DNA from: Candidatus Latescibacterota bacterium
GTDB taxonomy: Bacteria; Latescibacterota; UBA2968; UBA8231
Direction: 5' to 3'
NCBI GenBank assembly: GCA_965203355.1
Contig: OZ241889.1
Coordinates: 2,368,001 to 2,432,000, forward strand
DNA: 64,000 nt
A program made the translations under genes and the position numbers. Numbering within the stretch: the stretch's first letter is position 1; each line of letters opens with the position of its first letter. Under the pieces are notes generated by a model. That model had not been told where the DNA came from and searched no databases. It was given only the letters and a program-made list of their open reading frames with translations. Below are positions 1-11,813 of the stretch, piece by piece.

Positions 1-348
<348 letters not shown>

Positions 349-350
349 TG

Positions 351-379
351 TTGACAGTTATACCGTTTGTATGTAAATT
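351..379 (+). promoter_or_regulatory. Putative sigma70 promoter of the str/S10 superoperon
   Basis: TTGACA (351-356), 17 bp spacer, TAAATT (374-379), in AT-rich gap upstream of rpsL. Confidence 0.7.
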
Positions 380-420
380 ATGAGCTTGCTATTTAACGGA
401 ATGACGAGGAGAAAGAGCGT

Positions 421-792
421 TTGCCAACGGTTAGCCAGCTGGTCCGCAAAAGCCGGCAAAAATCACTGAAAAAGACGGATTCCCCAGCGCTGAGAGGTTG
501 CCCCCAGCGCCGTGGCGTTTGTACGCGTGTTTACACCCAAACGCCCAAGAAGCCTAATTCGGCTCTGCGCAAGATGGCTCGTGTGCGTTTGACTACGGGG
601 ATTGAAGTTACGGCTTACGTGCCAGGCGAGGGCCACACCCTACAGGAACACTCCATCGTCTTAGTGCGCGGAGGTCGCATCAAGGACTGCCCCGGTGTGC
701 GCTACCACATCGTGCGTGGTGTCCTCGATGCGACGGGCGTGGCTGATCGCCGTCAGGGTCGCTCCAAGTATGGCACCCGGCGGCCAACCTAA
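421..792 (+). CDS. rpsL: 30S ribosomal protein S12 (TTG start)
   Basis: [24 protein letters not shown]; GAGGAG RBS. Confidence 0.99.
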   Translation: MPTVSQLVRKSRQKSLKKTDSPALRGCPQRRGVCTRVYTQTPKKPNSALRKMARVRLTTGIEVTAYVPGEGHTLQEHSIVLVRGGRIKDCPGVRYHIVRGVLDATGVADRRQGRSKYGTRRPT

Positions 793-803
793 GGGTACGA
801 GCA

Positions 804-1274
804 ATGTCGCGGCGTAAAAAAGCAATCAAGCGCAAGCTACTGCCGGATCCGAAATTCCACAATGTATTGGCAGCGAGGTTCGTAAATTCACTGATGAAAC
901 AAGGCAAGAAGAGCGTGGCCGAGCGCATATTCTACGACTCGATTGACCTGGCTGCCGAACGCAGTGGCCGAGACGGGATTGATGTCTTCCAGAAGGCACT
1001 GGAAAATGCCAAGCCTATCGTCATGGTTAAATCGCGTCGAGTCGGTGGTCAAACGTATCAGGTGCCGGTCGAAATGCGGCCAGACGAGCGCACGGCGCGT
1101 TCGATTCGCTGGTTGATTCGCTTTGCCCGCGAGCGCTCAGAGCGCACTATGGCCGAACGGTTGGCCAACGAGTTTATCGCTGCATCAAGGGGGGAAGGTG
1201 GGGCTGTGCGAATGAAGGAAGATGTCCACCGCATGGCCGAGGCGAATAAGGCCTTCGCTCATTACAGATTTTAG
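804..1274 (+). CDS. rpsG: 30S ribosomal protein S7
   Basis: [27 protein letters not shown]. Confidence 0.99.
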   Translation: MSRRKKAIKRKLLPDPKFHNVLAARFVNSLMKQGKKSVAERIFYDSIDLAAERSGRDGIDVFQKALENAKPIVMVKSRRVGGQTYQVPVEMRPDERTARSIRWLIRFARERSERTMAERLANEFIAASRGEGGAVRMKEDVHRMAEANKAFAHYRF

Positions 1275-1290
1275 GGAGTTCCCAAGCCAA

Positions 1291-3369
1291 ATGGCACGAA
1301 AGTTCGCACAAAAAGACACGCGCAATATCGGAATTGCGGCTCATATCGACGCTGGCAAGACCACTACGACCGAGCGAATCCTCTACTATACTGGCCGAGT
1401 TCACCGCATGGGAGAGGTCCATGACGGTACAGCGACGATGGATTGGATGGAGCAAGAGCGCGAGCGCGGAATTACCATAACCTCTGCTGCTACTGCTTGC
1501 CAATGGAAAGATCACCGCATCAACATTATCGATACGCCCGGCCATGTGGATTTCACTGCCGAGGTCGAGCGTTCACTGCGCGTACTCGACGGTGCCATAG
1601 GCGTTTTCTGCGCGGTCGGCGGCGTTGAGCCACAATCCGAGACCGTCTGGCGTCAAGCCGACAAATACCGCGTTCCACGCATTGCTTTTGTCAACAAAAT
1701 GGATCGCAACGGAGCTGATTTCTTTCAAGTACTCAGCATGCTCCAAGAGCGATTGAACAGCAATTTTGTGCCGGTCCAGTTGCCCATCGGCGTTGGTGAG
1801 ACGTTCAACGGCTTGATAGACTTGGTCGAGATGAAGGCCATTACTTACGAAGAGGCCAGTCAAGGCGTCAAGTTTTTCGAGGATGAGATCCCCGCGGACT
1901 TGCTGGAGGAGGCCTTGCAATACCGCGAAAAGCTGTTAGAGGCGGTGGCTGAATTCGACGATGGGCTCCTCGAAAAATTTCTCGAAGGGGAGGAAATTCA
2001 CCCCGACGAAATCCGAGCCGCGCTGCGCCAAGCCACCATCTCGCTGAAGGCCGTGCCCGTAACGTGCGGCAGTGCGTATAAGTATAAAGGCGTCCAGCGC
2101 TTGCTTGACGCGGTGCTACACTATCTGCCGTCTCCTGCCGACATCGGCGAAGTCAAGGGTATGCTGCCCCATTCCAGCGCGGAAGCGGTGCGTCCGGCCC
2201 TCGACGATGCGCCTTTTTCCGGGTTGGCCTTTAAGGTTATGACGGATCCCTTTGTCGGGCGTCTCACCTTTGTTCGCGTCTATTCGGGCATACTAAGCTC
2301 GGGCACTTATCTCTACAATGTGACGACTGAGCGTCGCGAGCGCACCGCGCGCTTGCTGGAGATGCATGCCAATGACCGCACCGAGTTATCTCGAGCCTAT
2401 GCCGGTGACATAGTCGCGGTGGTCGGCCTCAAAAACACGACTACTGGCGATACGCTTTGCGATGAGCAACATCCCATTGTCTTGGAAAAGATCGAATTCG
2501 CCGAGCCGGTGGTCCACGTGGCAATTGAGCCAAAGACGCGGGCGGACCAGGAGCAGTTATACATTGCCTTGTCCAAGCTCAGCGAGGAAGATCCAACCTT
2601 TCAGATCAAGCTCGACGACGAGACGGGCCAGACGATCATGTCGGGCATGGGCGAATTGCATTTAGAGATCCTTATTGACCGCCTCTTCCGCGAATTCAAG
2701 GTCGAAGCCAATGTCGGCAAGCCCCAAGTGGCCTACAAAGAAGGGCTGCGCAAGGCTGTCGAGAGTACAGGTAGGTTCGTGCGACAGACCGGAGGCCGTG
2801 GCCAGTATGGACACGTCGAGTTGGAAATTGAGCCGGGTGAGCCGGGCAGCGGGCTGGTATTTGAGTCGAAAATTGTTGGCGGCAACATTCCCAAGGAATA
2901 CATCAATCCAGTGCGCGAGGGTATCATTGAAGCGATGAGCACTGGCCCTGTTGCCGGTTACCCAATCGAAGATGTTAAAGTCGCGCTGGTAGATGGGTCG
3001 CATCACGAGGTTGACTCATCGGAAGTCGCCTTTAAGGTCGCCGGGTCCATGGCTTTCAAAGACGGTGCCGCGAAGGCATCTCCCTATCTCATGGAGCCGA
3101 TTATGGAGTTGGAGGTCGTCGTCCCCGAGCAATATCTGGGCGACGTTATGGGCGATCTCAATTCGCACCGCGGCGAGATACAGGGCATCAATCCCCGTTC
3201 TGATGCCCAAGTCGTCAAGGCTTTCGTGCCGCTGAGCGAGACTTTTGGCTACGCCACGCGCCTGCGTTCGCTGACCCAAGGCCGGGCGCTTTTTACTATG
3301 CAGTTTTCCAAATACCAAGCCGTCCCAAGCAACATCACCGAACAGATTATCGACAGCCCTCGAGGTTAA
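1291..3369 (+). CDS. fusA: Elongation factor G
   Basis: [33 protein letters not shown]; ATG at 1291 preferred over ORF start 1222. Confidence 0.99.
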   Translation: MARKFAQKDTRNIGIAAHIDAGKTTTTERILYYTGRVHRMGEVHDGTATMDWMEQERERGITITSAATACQWKDHRINIIDTPGHVDFTAEVERSLRVLDGAIGVFCAVGGVEPQSETVWRQADKYRVPRIAFVNKMDRNGADFFQVLSMLQERLNSNFVPVQLPIGVGETFNGLIDLVEMKAITYEEASQGVKFFEDEIPADLLEEALQYREKLLEAVAEFDDGLLEKFLEGEEIHPDEIRAALRQATISLKAVPVTCGSAYKYKGVQRLLDAVLHYLPSPADIGEVKGMLPHSSAEAVRPALDDAPFSGLAFKVMTDPFVGRLTFVRVYSGILSSGTYLYNVTTERRERTARLLEMHANDRTELSRAYAGDIVAVVGLKNTTTGDTLCDEQHPIVLEKIEFAEPVVHVAIEPKTRADQEQLYIALSKLSEEDPTFQIKLDDETGQTIMSGMGELHLEILIDRLFREFKVEANVGKPQVAYKEGLRKAVESTGRFVRQTGGRGQYGHVELEIEPGEPGSGLVFESKIVGGNIPKEYINPVREGIIEAMSTGPVAGYPIEDVKVALVDGSHHEVDSSEVAFKVAGSMAFKDGAAKASPYLMEPIMELEVVVPEQYLGDVMGDLNSHRGEIQGINPRSDAQVVKAFVPLSETFGYATRLRSLTQGRALFTMQFSKYQAVPSNITEQIIDSPRG

Positions 3370-3403
3370 GCGGTAACCGCTAGAACAGGAGAAGATTCAA
3401 GAA

Positions 3404-4594
3404 ATGGCTAAGGAACAATTTCAGCGCAACAAACCGCATGTCAATATCGGCACTATTGGCCACGTTGATCACGGCAAGACCACCTTGACAGCGGCTATCA
3501 CCTTGCACTTGGCCAACAAGGGTTTGGCCCAAGCTAAGAGCGTTGATGATATCGACAATGCGCCAGAAGAAAAGGCGCGCGGGGTGACGATCAATGTCTC
3601 GCACCAAGAGTACGAGACCGACAAGCGCCACTATGCGCACGTTGATTGTCCAGGCCATGCCGACTACATCAAGAACATGATTACTGGGGCCGCCCAAATG
3701 GACGGTTCGATTTTGGTCGTCAGTGCCGCTGATGGGCCGATGATCCAGACCCGTGAGCACATCCTATTGGCCCGCCAAGTCAACGTGCCCAGCATTGTCG
3801 TCTATCTCAACAAAGTCGATCAAGTAGATGACGAAGAACTTTTGGACTTGGTCGAGCTAGAAACGCGGGAACTGCTCTCAGAATATGGCTTTGATGGCGA
3901 CGATACTCCGATGATTCGCGGTTCGGCCCTTGAGGCACTTGAAGGGGTGGACACGCCGACCGGCACCCAGTCGATCGACGAATTGATGAGTGCCATTGAC
4001 GAGTTCATTCCCGACCCGGTGCGCGATATTGATCAGCCCTTTCTGATGCCGGTCGAAGACGTATTTACGATCCAAGGACGAGGCACGGTTGGTACGGGGC
4101 GCATTGAGCGGGGTCGGGTCAAGGTTGGGGAAGAGGTGGATATCGTCGGCATTAAGGAGACTCGCAAGACCACGGTCACTGGCGTCGAGATGTTTCGCAA
4201 GTTACTCAACGAGGGCGAGGCCGGAGACAATGTCGGCTTGCTGCTGCGCGGCGTCGAGAAGGCTGAGTTAATGCGCGGGATGGTCATCTGCAAGCCCGCT
4301 TCTGTTCAGCCGCACACCAAGTTTAAGGCCGAGGTCGTAGTGTTGACCCCCAAGGAGGGTGGCCGCGAAAAGCCCTTTTTCTCCGGTTACCGCCCCCAGT
4401 TTTTCTTTCGCACTACCGACGTCACCGGGAGTATTGCGCTGCCCGAGGGCACCGAAATGGTCATGCCTGGCGACAACGTCAACATGGAAGTGGAGCTAAT
4501 CCAGCCGATCGCCATTGAGCCGCAGCTGCGTTTCGCCATTCGCGAGGGGGGTCGCACCATCGGCTCCGGCGTCGTCACCGATGTTTCCAATTAG
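3404..4594 (+). CDS. tuf: Elongation factor Tu
   Basis: [30 protein letters not shown]. Confidence 0.99.
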   Translation: MAKEQFQRNKPHVNIGTIGHVDHGKTTLTAAITLHLANKGLAQAKSVDDIDNAPEEKARGVTINVSHQEYETDKRHYAHVDCPGHADYIKNMITGAAQMDGSILVVSAADGPMIQTREHILLARQVNVPSIVVYLNKVDQVDDEELLDLVELETRELLSEYGFDGDDTPMIRGSALEALEGVDTPTGTQSIDELMSAIDEFIPDPVRDIDQPFLMPVEDVFTIQGRGTVGTGRIERGRVKVGEEVDIVGIKETRKTTVTGVEMFRKLLNEGEAGDNVGLLLRGVEKAELMRGMVICKPASVQPHTKFKAEVVVLTPKEGGREKPFFSGYRPQFFFRTTDVTGSIALPEGTEMVMPGDNVNMEVELIQPIAIEPQLRFAIREGGRTIGSGVVTDVSN

Positions 4595-4623
4595 GAAAAG
4601 CCGTATTAGGGAGATGCGCGCCC

Positions 4624-4932
4624 GTGGCAGTTGATAGAATACGCATTCGTCTCAAAGCCTACGACCACATGGCGTTGGACAAGTCCGTGGACGAAATCGT
4701 CCAGACGGTCAAGCGCAGCGGAGCCCGTATCGCCGGCCCGGTGCCACTGCCGACGGCTCGCACAGTGTACACCGTGCTGAGATCTCCACACGTGGACAAG
4801 AAATCGCGCGAACAGTTCGAGACGCGCATTCACAAGCGGCTCATCGACATTTACGATTCAACGCCGCAGACTGTGGACGCACTGATGAAGCTCGACCTGC
4901 CGGCGGGCATCGGCATCGACATAAAGGTTTGA
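4624..4932 (+). CDS. rpsJ: 30S ribosomal protein S10
   Basis: [31 protein letters not shown]. Confidence 0.99.
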   Translation: MAVDRIRIRLKAYDHMALDKSVDEIVQTVKRSGARIAGPVPLPTARTVYTVLRSPHVDKKSREQFETRIHKRLIDIYDSTPQTVDALMKLDLPAGIGIDIKV

Positions 4933-4939
4933 TCGGACC

Positions 4940-5578
4940 ATGGACATGCAGATAGAAGTGCTAAACAGCGAGGGGCTAGCAAACGACTCAGTGGAATTGC
5001 CAGAGGATTTATTCGGCATTGAGGTTTCGGAGTACGCCCTCTACCGAGCGGTCATCGCCACCAAAGCGAACCAGCGGCAGGGGACGGCCTCGGTTAAGAC
5101 CCGCTCTGAAATAGCCCGCACGAGCAAGAAGCACCACCGTCAGAAAGGCACGGGTCAGGCGCGTCGAGGTTCACTGCGCTCGCCTTTAGTACGCGGTGGT
5201 GGTGTGGCCTTTGGTCCTCGTCCCCGTTCTTATACTTCTAAGCTGCCCAAGTCTCTCAAGCGTCTGGCGTTCCACTCGGCACTTACGCTCAAACGCACAG
5301 GTGGACAGATCAAAATCGTCACCGAATTCGACTTTCCCGCTCCCAGTACCCGTTCTTTTCAAAAGATTATTGAAGCGTGCGGCCTCAAAGATCAGAAAGT
5401 TCTGTTCATCACTATGAAAAGTTCACCAGTATTGATCAAATCGAGCCGCAATCTGCCCAAGGTAAAAATGGCACATCTAGGGTCGCTATCTACGCATGAC
5501 TTGCTGGCAGCGGACGTGGTTTTATTTACGCGCCAAGCCTTTGACCGGCTCGTAGAAAACCGGGGCCAAAGGGGCTGA
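4940..5578 (+). CDS. rplD: 50S ribosomal protein L4
   Basis: RQGTASVKTRSE, RQKGTG.AR.GS, GGGVAFGPRP. Confidence 0.97.
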   Translation: MDMQIEVLNSEGLANDSVELPEDLFGIEVSEYALYRAVIATKANQRQGTASVKTRSEIARTSKKHHRQKGTGQARRGSLRSPLVRGGGVAFGPRPRSYTSKLPKSLKRLAFHSALTLKRTGGQIKIVTEFDFPAPSTRSFQKIIEACGLKDQKVLFITMKSSPVLIKSSRNLPKVKMAHLGSLSTHDLLAADVVLFTRQAFDRLVENRGQRG

Positions 5579-5582
5579 GAAA

Positions 5583-5867
5583 ATGAACCCGCGAGCGATT
5601 ATTCAGAAGCCGGTGATTACCGAGAAAGCCTCCATGTTGCGTGCGAGCAACAAATACGCCTTTCGCGTCCACCCCAAGGCCAGCAAATTCCAGATCCGCC
5701 AAGCAATAGAATCCATTTTTGCAGTTAAGGTCGAATCTGTCCGCACCATTAAAGTCCCCAGCAAGCCCAAGCGGCAAGGGATGTACTTGGGGCGGCGTAC
5801 TGGCTGGAAAAAGGCTTACGTGACTCTTAAGGCTGGCGACTCCATTGAATTCGCCGAAGATATCTAG
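5583..5867 (+). CDS. rplW: 50S ribosomal protein L23
   Basis: PVITEKA, WKKAYVTL. Confidence 0.98.
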   Translation: MNPRAIIQKPVITEKASMLRASNKYAFRVHPKASKFQIRQAIESIFAVKVESVRTIKVPSKPKRQGMYLGRRTGWKKAYVTLKAGDSIEFAEDI

Positions 5868-5882
5868 CTAATTGGTCCCGAG

Positions 5883-6716
5883 ATGGCAGTCAAGAAATTT
5901 CGCCCCACAACCCCGACGCTGCGTTACAAGACGGTCAACTCCTTTGCGGAGCTGACGCGCAGCAAGCCCGAGAAGTCGTTACTTGCTGCTGCCGTCGGCA
6001 AATCGGGTGGACGTAACAATCAGGGTCGCCTGACCATGCGTCGGCGTGGAGGGGGGCATAAGCGGCGCTATCGCGTTATCGACTTCAAGCGCACCAAACT
6101 TGGTGTGCCGGGTCGGGTCGCCGAGATCGAATACGATCCCAACCGCTCGGCGTTTATCGCTCTGATCGTATATGCCGATGGAGATAAGCGCTATATTCTA
6201 GCGCCTTTGGGTCTGAAGGTTGGGGCCGAGATCGCCGCTGGTCCCGATGCGCCAATCCGGGTTGGCAATGCCCTGCCGTTGGCCAACATTCCCTTGGGAG
6301 CAACGGTTCACAATGTCGAGCTCAATCCCGGTCGTGGCGGACAACTGGCGCGGAGTGCGGGTGCTGAAGTGCAGCTTCTCGGTCGCGATGGCGGGCGGGC
6401 GCAACTGCGTCTGCCTTCTGGAGAAAATCGCGAAGTACCCGTCCAGTGCATGGCTACCTTGGGGCAGGTAGGCAATATAGAGTACGCCAATATTGTCATT
6501 GGCAAAGCTGGTCGCTCCCGTTGGTTGGGGCGCAGACCCAAGGTGCGGGGCGTAGTGATGAATCCTGTTGACCATCCGCATGGGGGGGGAGAAGGCCGAT
6601 CTTCAGGTGGACGGCACCCGGTCACTCCTTGGGGCAAGCCCACCAAGGGCTACAAGACGCGCAAGCGCAAGAACCAAAGCAATCAGTGGATTATACGTCG
6701 GCGCAACGCGAAGTAG
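5883..6716 (+). CDS. rplB: 50S ribosomal protein L2
   Basis: [25 protein letters not shown]. Confidence 0.99.
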   Translation: MAVKKFRPTTPTLRYKTVNSFAELTRSKPEKSLLAAAVGKSGGRNNQGRLTMRRRGGGHKRRYRVIDFKRTKLGVPGRVAEIEYDPNRSAFIALIVYADGDKRYILAPLGLKVGAEIAAGPDAPIRVGNALPLANIPLGATVHNVELNPGRGGQLARSAGAEVQLLGRDGGRAQLRLPSGENREVPVQCMATLGQVGNIEYANIVIGKAGRSRWLGRRPKVRGVVMNPVDHPHGGGEGRSSGGRHPVTPWGKPTKGYKTRKRKNQSNQWIIRRRNAK

Positions 6717-6731
6717 AAGTAGCGAGAGATT

Positions 6732-7019
6732 ATGCCAAGATCGATTAAAAAAGGCCCTTTTATTGACGGGCATTTAGCCGAAAAGGTCGAGTACCTTAAT
6801 CGCACGGGCGATAAGCAGGTCGTGCGGACTTGGTCGCGGCGCTCAACCATTACGCCCGACTTCGTCGGCCATACGCTAGCCGTTTACAACGGCAATAAGT
6901 TCATCCCAGTGTACATCACTGAGAACATGGTTGGGCACAAGCTCGGCGAGTTTGCTCCGACTCGCACTTTTCGCGGTCATGGAGGCCGGTTGACCGAGCG
7001 CGGTACGAGGTTGCAATAA
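6732..7019 (+). CDS. rpsS: 30S ribosomal protein S19
   Basis: [21 protein letters not shown]. Confidence 0.99.
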   Translation: MPRSIKKGPFIDGHLAEKVEYLNRTGDKQVVRTWSRRSTITPDFVGHTLAVYNGNKFIPVYITENMVGHKLGEFAPTRTFRGHGGRLTERGTRLQ

Positions 7020-7021
7020 GC

Positions 7022-7369
7022 ATGGAAGCCAAAGCTGTCCTCAAACAAATTGGCGTACCAACTACTAAAGTGCGTCAGCTTATCGACCTGATTCGCGGCA
7101 AGCCAGTTGATGAGGCGCTTACCATTCTTCGGTTTTCGCCTCGCCCGGTGGCCAAGCTGATCGAGAAGACCCTGCGTTCAGCCATATCGAATGGGATCAA
7201 TCAGGACGAGGAGAATCCGGTTGATGCCGATGATCTCTATGTAACGCACGTCTTCGCCGACGAAGGGCGCGATCTCAAGCGCATTCGTCCGAGGGCGCGC
7301 GGATCGGCCAATCGCATTCGCAAGCGCCACTGCAATCTAACGGTCGTCGTCAGCGACGAGGTCAATTAA
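7022..7369 (+). CDS. rplV: 50S ribosomal protein L22
   Basis: KVR..IDLIRGK, RPRARG.A.RIRKR; synteny. Confidence 0.97.
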   Translation: MEAKAVLKQIGVPTTKVRQLIDLIRGKPVDEALTILRFSPRPVAKLIEKTLRSAISNGINQDEENPVDADDLYVTHVFADEGRDLKRIRPRARGSANRIRKRHCNLTVVVSDEVN

Positions 7370-7379
7370 GGGGGATACC

Positions 7380-8036
7380 TTGGGCCAGAAAACACATCCA
7401 TACGGCTTCCGTCTGGGGGTCATCAAACCTTGGCGTTCAAATTGGTTCGCCGAAAAGGATTTTTCCGAGTTGCTCAAGGAAGACCTCGAATTGCGGCGCT
7501 ACGTGCGCCAGCGCCTACAGCGGGCTGGTGTATCGCAGATCAATATCGAACGCCAGCCCAAGCGAGTTACCGTTGAAGTGTATACAGCGCGTCCTGGTAT
7601 TGCCATTGGTCGTCGCGGGGCCGAAGTCGATAAAATTCGCGACGAGCTCAAACTGGTGACTAGCAAGGATGTTTCTCTCAATATCCAAGAGATCAAGAAG
7701 CCCGAACTAGATGCTCAGCTAGTGGCCGACAATCTGGCCCGCCAGCTAGAGCAACGCGTTTCCTTTCGCCGGGCCATGAAGAAATCTGTAGCCTCGTCGA
7801 TGCGCATGGGAGCCGAAGGTATCCGCATCGTCTGTTCCGGGCGCATCGGTGGTTCGGAGATGGGCCGGCGCGAGCGTTCTGAGCCAGCCGGTCGGGTCCC
7901 GTTGCACACGCTGCGTGCTGATATCGACTACGCCACAGCGACGGCTTATACCGTATCGGGGACTGTAGGCGTAAAAGTTTGGATTTGTCACGGCGAAGTT
8001 GTGGCCGAAGGAGAAGGGGCCGCTCAGGCGGTCTGA
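7380..8036 (+). CDS. rpsC: 30S ribosomal protein S3 (TTG start)
   Basis: MGQKTHPYGFRLG, GRVPLHTLRADIDY. Confidence 0.99.
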   Translation: MGQKTHPYGFRLGVIKPWRSNWFAEKDFSELLKEDLELRRYVRQRLQRAGVSQINIERQPKRVTVEVYTARPGIAIGRRGAEVDKIRDELKLVTSKDVSLNIQEIKKPELDAQLVADNLARQLEQRVSFRRAMKKSVASSMRMGAEGIRIVCSGRIGGSEMGRRERSEPAGRVPLHTLRADIDYATATAYTVSGTVGVKVWICHGEVVAEGEGAAQAV

Positions 8037-8054
8037 TTACAGCGAGGCTCTCTT

Positions 8055-8465
8055 ATGTTGATGCCCAAGAAGTCCAAGTGGAGGAAACAGGCGCGAGGCC
8101 GTATGCGCGGCCAAACTAAAGGCGGGGACATGGTCTCCTTCGGCGAATACGGCCTTAAAGCGCTCGAGCCTTGTTGGATTACCAGCCGTCAGATCGAGGC
8201 CATGCGCGTGGCGATTAGTCGGGCGATGAGCCGTACGGGCAAGATGTGGATCCGCATTTTTCCCGACAAACCGATTACCAAGAAACCGGCCGAAACTCGC
8301 ATGGGCAAAGGCAAGGGATCGCCCGAAGGATGGGTTGCGGTGGTCAAGCCCGGGCGGGTGATGTTTGAGCTTTCCGGTGTGCCCGAAGACATGGCTCGCG
8401 AGGCCTTTCGCCGCGCGGGACACAAACTCCCCATCAAGACCAAGGTCGTCAAACGAGTTGCATGA
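8055..8465 (+). CDS. rplP: 50S ribosomal protein L16
   Basis: [24 protein letters not shown]. Confidence 0.99.
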   Translation: MLMPKKSKWRKQARGRMRGQTKGGDMVSFGEYGLKALEPCWITSRQIEAMRVAISRAMSRTGKMWIRIFPDKPITKKPAETRMGKGKGSPEGWVAVVKPGRVMFELSGVPEDMAREAFRRAGHKLPIKTKVVKRVA

Positions 8466-8469
8466 AGCT

Positions 8470-8700
8470 ATGAAGGTGAGCGAATTGCGCGAAATGAGTT
8501 CAGAAGAAGTGCAAAACAGGTTGGAAGAATTACACGAGGAATTCTTCAATCTGCGTTTTCAGCACGTAGCCGGTCAGTTGACTAGTCCCATTCGGTTGCG
8601 GCAAGTTCGGCGCGATATTGCCAAGGCTCACACCGTGCTTAAAGAACACGCACTCGGCATTCGCTCCTTGGCCGCTGGGAGGGAGGTAGCCGATGGCTGA
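8470..8700 (+). CDS. rpmC: 50S ribosomal protein L29
   Basis: MKVSELR..EEFFNLRFQ..RQVRRDIAK; ATG 8470. Confidence 0.96.
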   Translation: MKVSELREMSSEEVQNRLEELHEEFFNLRFQHVAGQLTSPIRLRQVRRDIAKAHTVLKEHALGIRSLAAGREVADG

Positions 8701-8950
8701 ACGAAAAAAGGACCGACGGCAGGCCGAAGGCCGAGTGCTCAAGGCCAACAACGTCAAGACGCGGATCGTAGCGGTCGAACAGCGCATTCCGCATGCCCTG
8801 TATGGCCGGATCATCCGCCGCACCGCCAAGTTTGTCGCCCACGACGAGCGGGAAGAGTCGCAGGTTGGCGATTTCGTGCGCATTGAGGAATGCCGCCCGA
8901 TGAGCAAAACCAAGCGTTGGCGGCTCGTTGATGTATTAGAGCGGCAGTAG
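8693..8950 (+). CDS. rpsQ: 30S ribosomal protein S17
   Basis: AHDE..GDFVRIEECRPMSKTKRW. Confidence 0.98.
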   Translation: MAERKKDRRQAEGRVLKANNVKTRIVAVEQRIPHALYGRIIRRTAKFVAHDEREESQVGDFVRIEECRPMSKTKRWRLVDVLERQ

Positions 8951-8977
8951 ATTAAAACTTAGGCTTGTAGGAATAAA

Positions 8978-9346
8978 ATGATTCGGGAATACAGCGTAGT
9001 CAAAATGGCCGATAATGCCGGGGCCCGCACAGGCCGCTGCATTCGCGTGCTCGGGGGTTCTCGTAAGCGCTATGCCGGTATTGGCGACCTGATCGTAGTC
9101 GCTGTCCACGGCGTAGTACCGAACGGGCCTTTAGAAGAAGGGCAAGTGGTCAAGGCTGTAGTCGTGCGGACGAAGAAGGAATATCGCCGTCCCGATGGCT
9201 CTTATATTCGCTTTGACGACAACGCCGCTGTGTTGGTCAACGACGACAAGGAGCCAACAGGTACTCGCATATTCGGGCCTGTGGCCCGCGAATTGCGCGA
9301 GAGGCAGTACATGCGCATTGTATCGCTGGCACCCGAGGTAGTCTGA
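8978..9346 (+). CDS. rplN: 50S ribosomal protein L14
   Basis: [32 protein letters not shown]. Confidence 0.99.
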   Translation: MIREYSVVKMADNAGARTGRCIRVLGGSRKRYAGIGDLIVVAVHGVVPNGPLEEGQVVKAVVVRTKKEYRRPDGSYIRFDDNAAVLVNDDKEPTGTRIFGPVARELRERQYMRIVSLAPEVV

Positions 9347-9357
9347 GGAAGAGCGCA

Positions 9358-9675
9358 ATGGACATTCGCAAAGGCGATACAATACAGGTCATAAGCGGCA
9401 ACGACAAAGGACGGCGTTCGACGGTACTTAGTGTGTTTAAGGATCGGGGGCGAATCATTGTCGAAGGCGTGAATATGCGCAAACACCACACCCGTCCCAC
9501 CTCGCGCGATCCCCAAGGGGGTATCGTTGAACGCGAGGCCCCCATTCACGTTTCCAATGTCATGATCGTCTGCCCCAAAACCGACCTACCAACGCGCATC
9601 GGTCACAAGAAATTGGATAATGGCAAATGCGTGCGCGTCTCTATGCGCAGCGGCGAAATGATTGATCCAGAGTAA
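9358..9675 (+). CDS. rplX: 50S ribosomal protein L24
   Basis: KGDTIQVISG.DKG, EAPIHVSNV. Confidence 0.98.
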   Translation: MDIRKGDTIQVISGNDKGRRSTVLSVFKDRGRIIVEGVNMRKHHTRPTSRDPQGGIVEREAPIHVSNVMIVCPKTDLPTRIGHKKLDNGKCVRVSMRSGEMIDPE

Positions 9676-9678
9676 GCC

Positions 9679-10224
9679 ATGTACGAAGCCAGACTCAAAA
9701 AGCAATACCGAGAAGAGGTGTTGTCCCAACTCAAGACCCGTTTCTCATTTAAAAACGACATGCAGGTGCCGCGTCTGCAGAAGATCATCGTCAATATGGG
9801 GGTTGGTGAGGCCGTGCAGGAGCCCAAGGTGCTCGAAGGTGCGGTAGCCGAATTGACGGCGATCACCGGTCAAAAGCCTACCATCCGCCATGCCAAGAAG
9901 GCGATTTCAAACTTCAAGTTGCGCGTCGGTATGCCGGTCGGTTGCATGGTCACTTTGCGGGGGAGTCGCATGTACGATTTTCTCGACCGCTTGATCAGTT
10001 TCGCCTTGCCGCAAGTGCGGGATTTTCGCGGGATTTCTCCCAAAAGTTTCGACGGACGCGGCAATTACAATCTAGGCATCAAGGAACAGATCATATTTCC
10101 CGAAATCAACTACGATATGATCAACCAAGTCCGGGGCATGAATATCACCATCGTCACCTCGGCCAAAAGCGACGAGGAAAGCCGAGCGTTGCTTCAGTTG
10201 CTGGGCATGCCCTTCAGTCGATAG
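9679..10224 (+). CDS. rplE: 50S ribosomal protein L5
   Basis: [29 protein letters not shown]. Confidence 0.99.
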   Translation: MYEARLKKQYREEVLSQLKTRFSFKNDMQVPRLQKIIVNMGVGEAVQEPKVLEGAVAELTAITGQKPTIRHAKKAISNFKLRVGMPVGCMVTLRGSRMYDFLDRLISFALPQVRDFRGISPKSFDGRGNYNLGIKEQIIFPEINYDMINQVRGMNITIVTSAKSDEESRALLQLLGMPFSR

Positions 10225-10243
10225 AGTCGGAAAGAAACTGCTA

Positions 10244-10429
10244 ATGCCAAAAAAATGTTTGATAACTAAAGCGCAGCGCAAACCCAAGTTTTCCTCGCGA
10301 GCCTATACCCGTTGCCATCGCTGTGGGCGTCCGCGTGCAGTGTATCGCAAGTTCGGACTGTGCCGCATCTGTTTTCGCGAGTTGGCTCTCAAGGGCGAGA
10401 TTCCGGGCGTTAGCAAGGCGAGTTGGTAG
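10244..10429 (+). CDS. rpsN: 30S ribosomal protein S14, zinc-binding (type Z)
   Basis: RC.RCGR..LCRICFR, 61 aa. Confidence 0.98.
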   Translation: MPKKCLITKAQRKPKFSSRAYTRCHRCGRPRAVYRKFGLCRICFRELALKGEIPGVSKASW

Positions 10430-10447
10430 GAGGTTGGAGGAATTAAT

Positions 10448-10846
10448 ATGAGTATGACAGATCCCCTAGCGGATATGTTGACCCGCATTCGCAACGCCTG
10501 TAGCGCCAACCATTCGAGAGTTGACGTCCCCGCCTCCAAGCTGAAGCGCGAAGTGGCTCGCGTATTAGCCGAGTCCCGTTTTATCGACAACTTCGCTTTT
10601 ATCGAGGACGGTAAGCAGGGCATCTTGCGGCTCTATCTACGCTACGATCAGAATGAAAATAGCATCATTCGTGGGCTAAAGCGCGTCAGCAAGCCTGGGT
10701 TGCGTCAATATGCGAGTAAAACCGATGTCCCGCGTGTGCTCCGCGGCCTAGGCATCGCTATCGTCTCCACCTCTAAGGGAGTGATGACGGATAAACAAGC
10801 GAGGATGAACGGCGTAGGCGGCGAAATCCTCTGTAGCGTTTGGTAA
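10448..10846 (+). CDS. rpsH: 30S ribosomal protein S8
   Basis: [31 protein letters not shown]. Confidence 0.99.
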   Translation: MSMTDPLADMLTRIRNACSANHSRVDVPASKLKREVARVLAESRFIDNFAFIEDGKQGILRLYLRYDQNENSIIRGLKRVSKPGLRQYASKTDVPRVLRGLGIAIVSTSKGVMTDKQARMNGVGGEILCSVW

Positions 10847-10870
10847 ATGAAGCCACTGGGAGAATGTTAA

Positions 10871-11428
10871 TTGTCGCGCATAGGCAACAAATCCCTTCCC
10901 CTACCGCAGGGTGTTGAAGTCGCGTTGGCCCCTGCTAAGGTCTCTGTAAAAGGGCCAAAGGGCCAGTTACAAGTGCCGTTTGTCGCTGAGTACCTCGCTG
11001 TGGCTCAGCAAGACAGCGTGTTAATGGTGACGCGGAAAAGCGAAAGCAAACAGGCTCGCTCCCTACACGGATTGACCCGAACCTTGATCTCCAACGCGGT
11101 CGAAGGAGTCTCCGAGGGTTTTTTTAAGAACTTGGATCTATTCGGCGTGGGGTACCGGGCTGAGGTCCAAGGCAAGCAACTCGTGCTCCACATAGGTTAT
11201 TCGCATCCAGTGATCTACGAGTTGCCCGAGGATATCCAAGTCGAAGTGTCCCCAGGCACGGGTGGGGCACAAGCCCGTATTGTCGTTAGGGGCATTGACA
11301 AGCAGCTCGTGGGGCAGGTGGCCGCCGATATTCGCTTCAAGCGCCGCCCAGAGCCCTACAAGGGCAAGGGGATCCGCTATGAAAACGAGACCATTCACTG
11401 GAAACAGGGCAAGGCGGCCGTAGGCTAA
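10871..11428 (+). CDS. rplF: 50S ribosomal protein L6 (TTG start)
   Basis: MSRIG, GVGYRA, PEPYKGKGIRY. Confidence 0.99.
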   Translation: MSRIGNKSLPLPQGVEVALAPAKVSVKGPKGQLQVPFVAEYLAVAQQDSVLMVTRKSESKQARSLHGLTRTLISNAVEGVSEGFFKNLDLFGVGYRAEVQGKQLVLHIGYSHPVIYELPEDIQVEVSPGTGGAQARIVVRGIDKQLVGQVAADIRFKRRPEPYKGKGIRYENETIHWKQGKAAVG

Positions 11429-11802
11429 TGAAAGACAAAAAACACTTGGTTGAGAATCGCCAGCGACGGCAGCGACGGCGACACCGGCTGCGCAAAATTG
11501 TCTCCGGTACGCCCACGCGTCCGCGCCTGGTGGTGCATCGTTCCTTGCGCCATATTGAGGTCCAGCTAGTCGACGACGTGGCGGGTCATTCCCTTTTAGG
11601 GCTTTCCACTCGGTCGCAGGAACTGAAGGAGCGGCAGTTTGACAGTCGCGTGGCGCAAGGGCACGAGGTTGGCAAAATGGTCGCTGCTAAGGCACGCGAA
11701 AAAGGCATTGAACAGGTCGTCTTTGACCGCGGTGGATTTCTCTATCACGGGGTAGTCAAAGCCGTGGCCGATGGGGCGCGGGAAGCGGGCTTGAATTTCT
11801 AA
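11428..11802 (+). CDS. rplR: 50S ribosomal protein L18
   Basis: [27 protein letters not shown]. Confidence 0.98.
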   Translation: MKDKKHLVENRQRRQRRRHRLRKIVSGTPTRPRLVVHRSLRHIEVQLVDDVAGHSLLGLSTRSQELKERQFDSRVAQGHEVGKMVAAKAREKGIEQVVFDRGGFLYHGVVKAVADGAREAGLNF

Positions 11803-11813
11803 GGGAGAATGGT

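Noticed and set aside
3369-3381. Short palindrome AGCGGTAACCGCT between fusA and tuf
   Set aside because: Too short and has no U tract, so no function can be supported.
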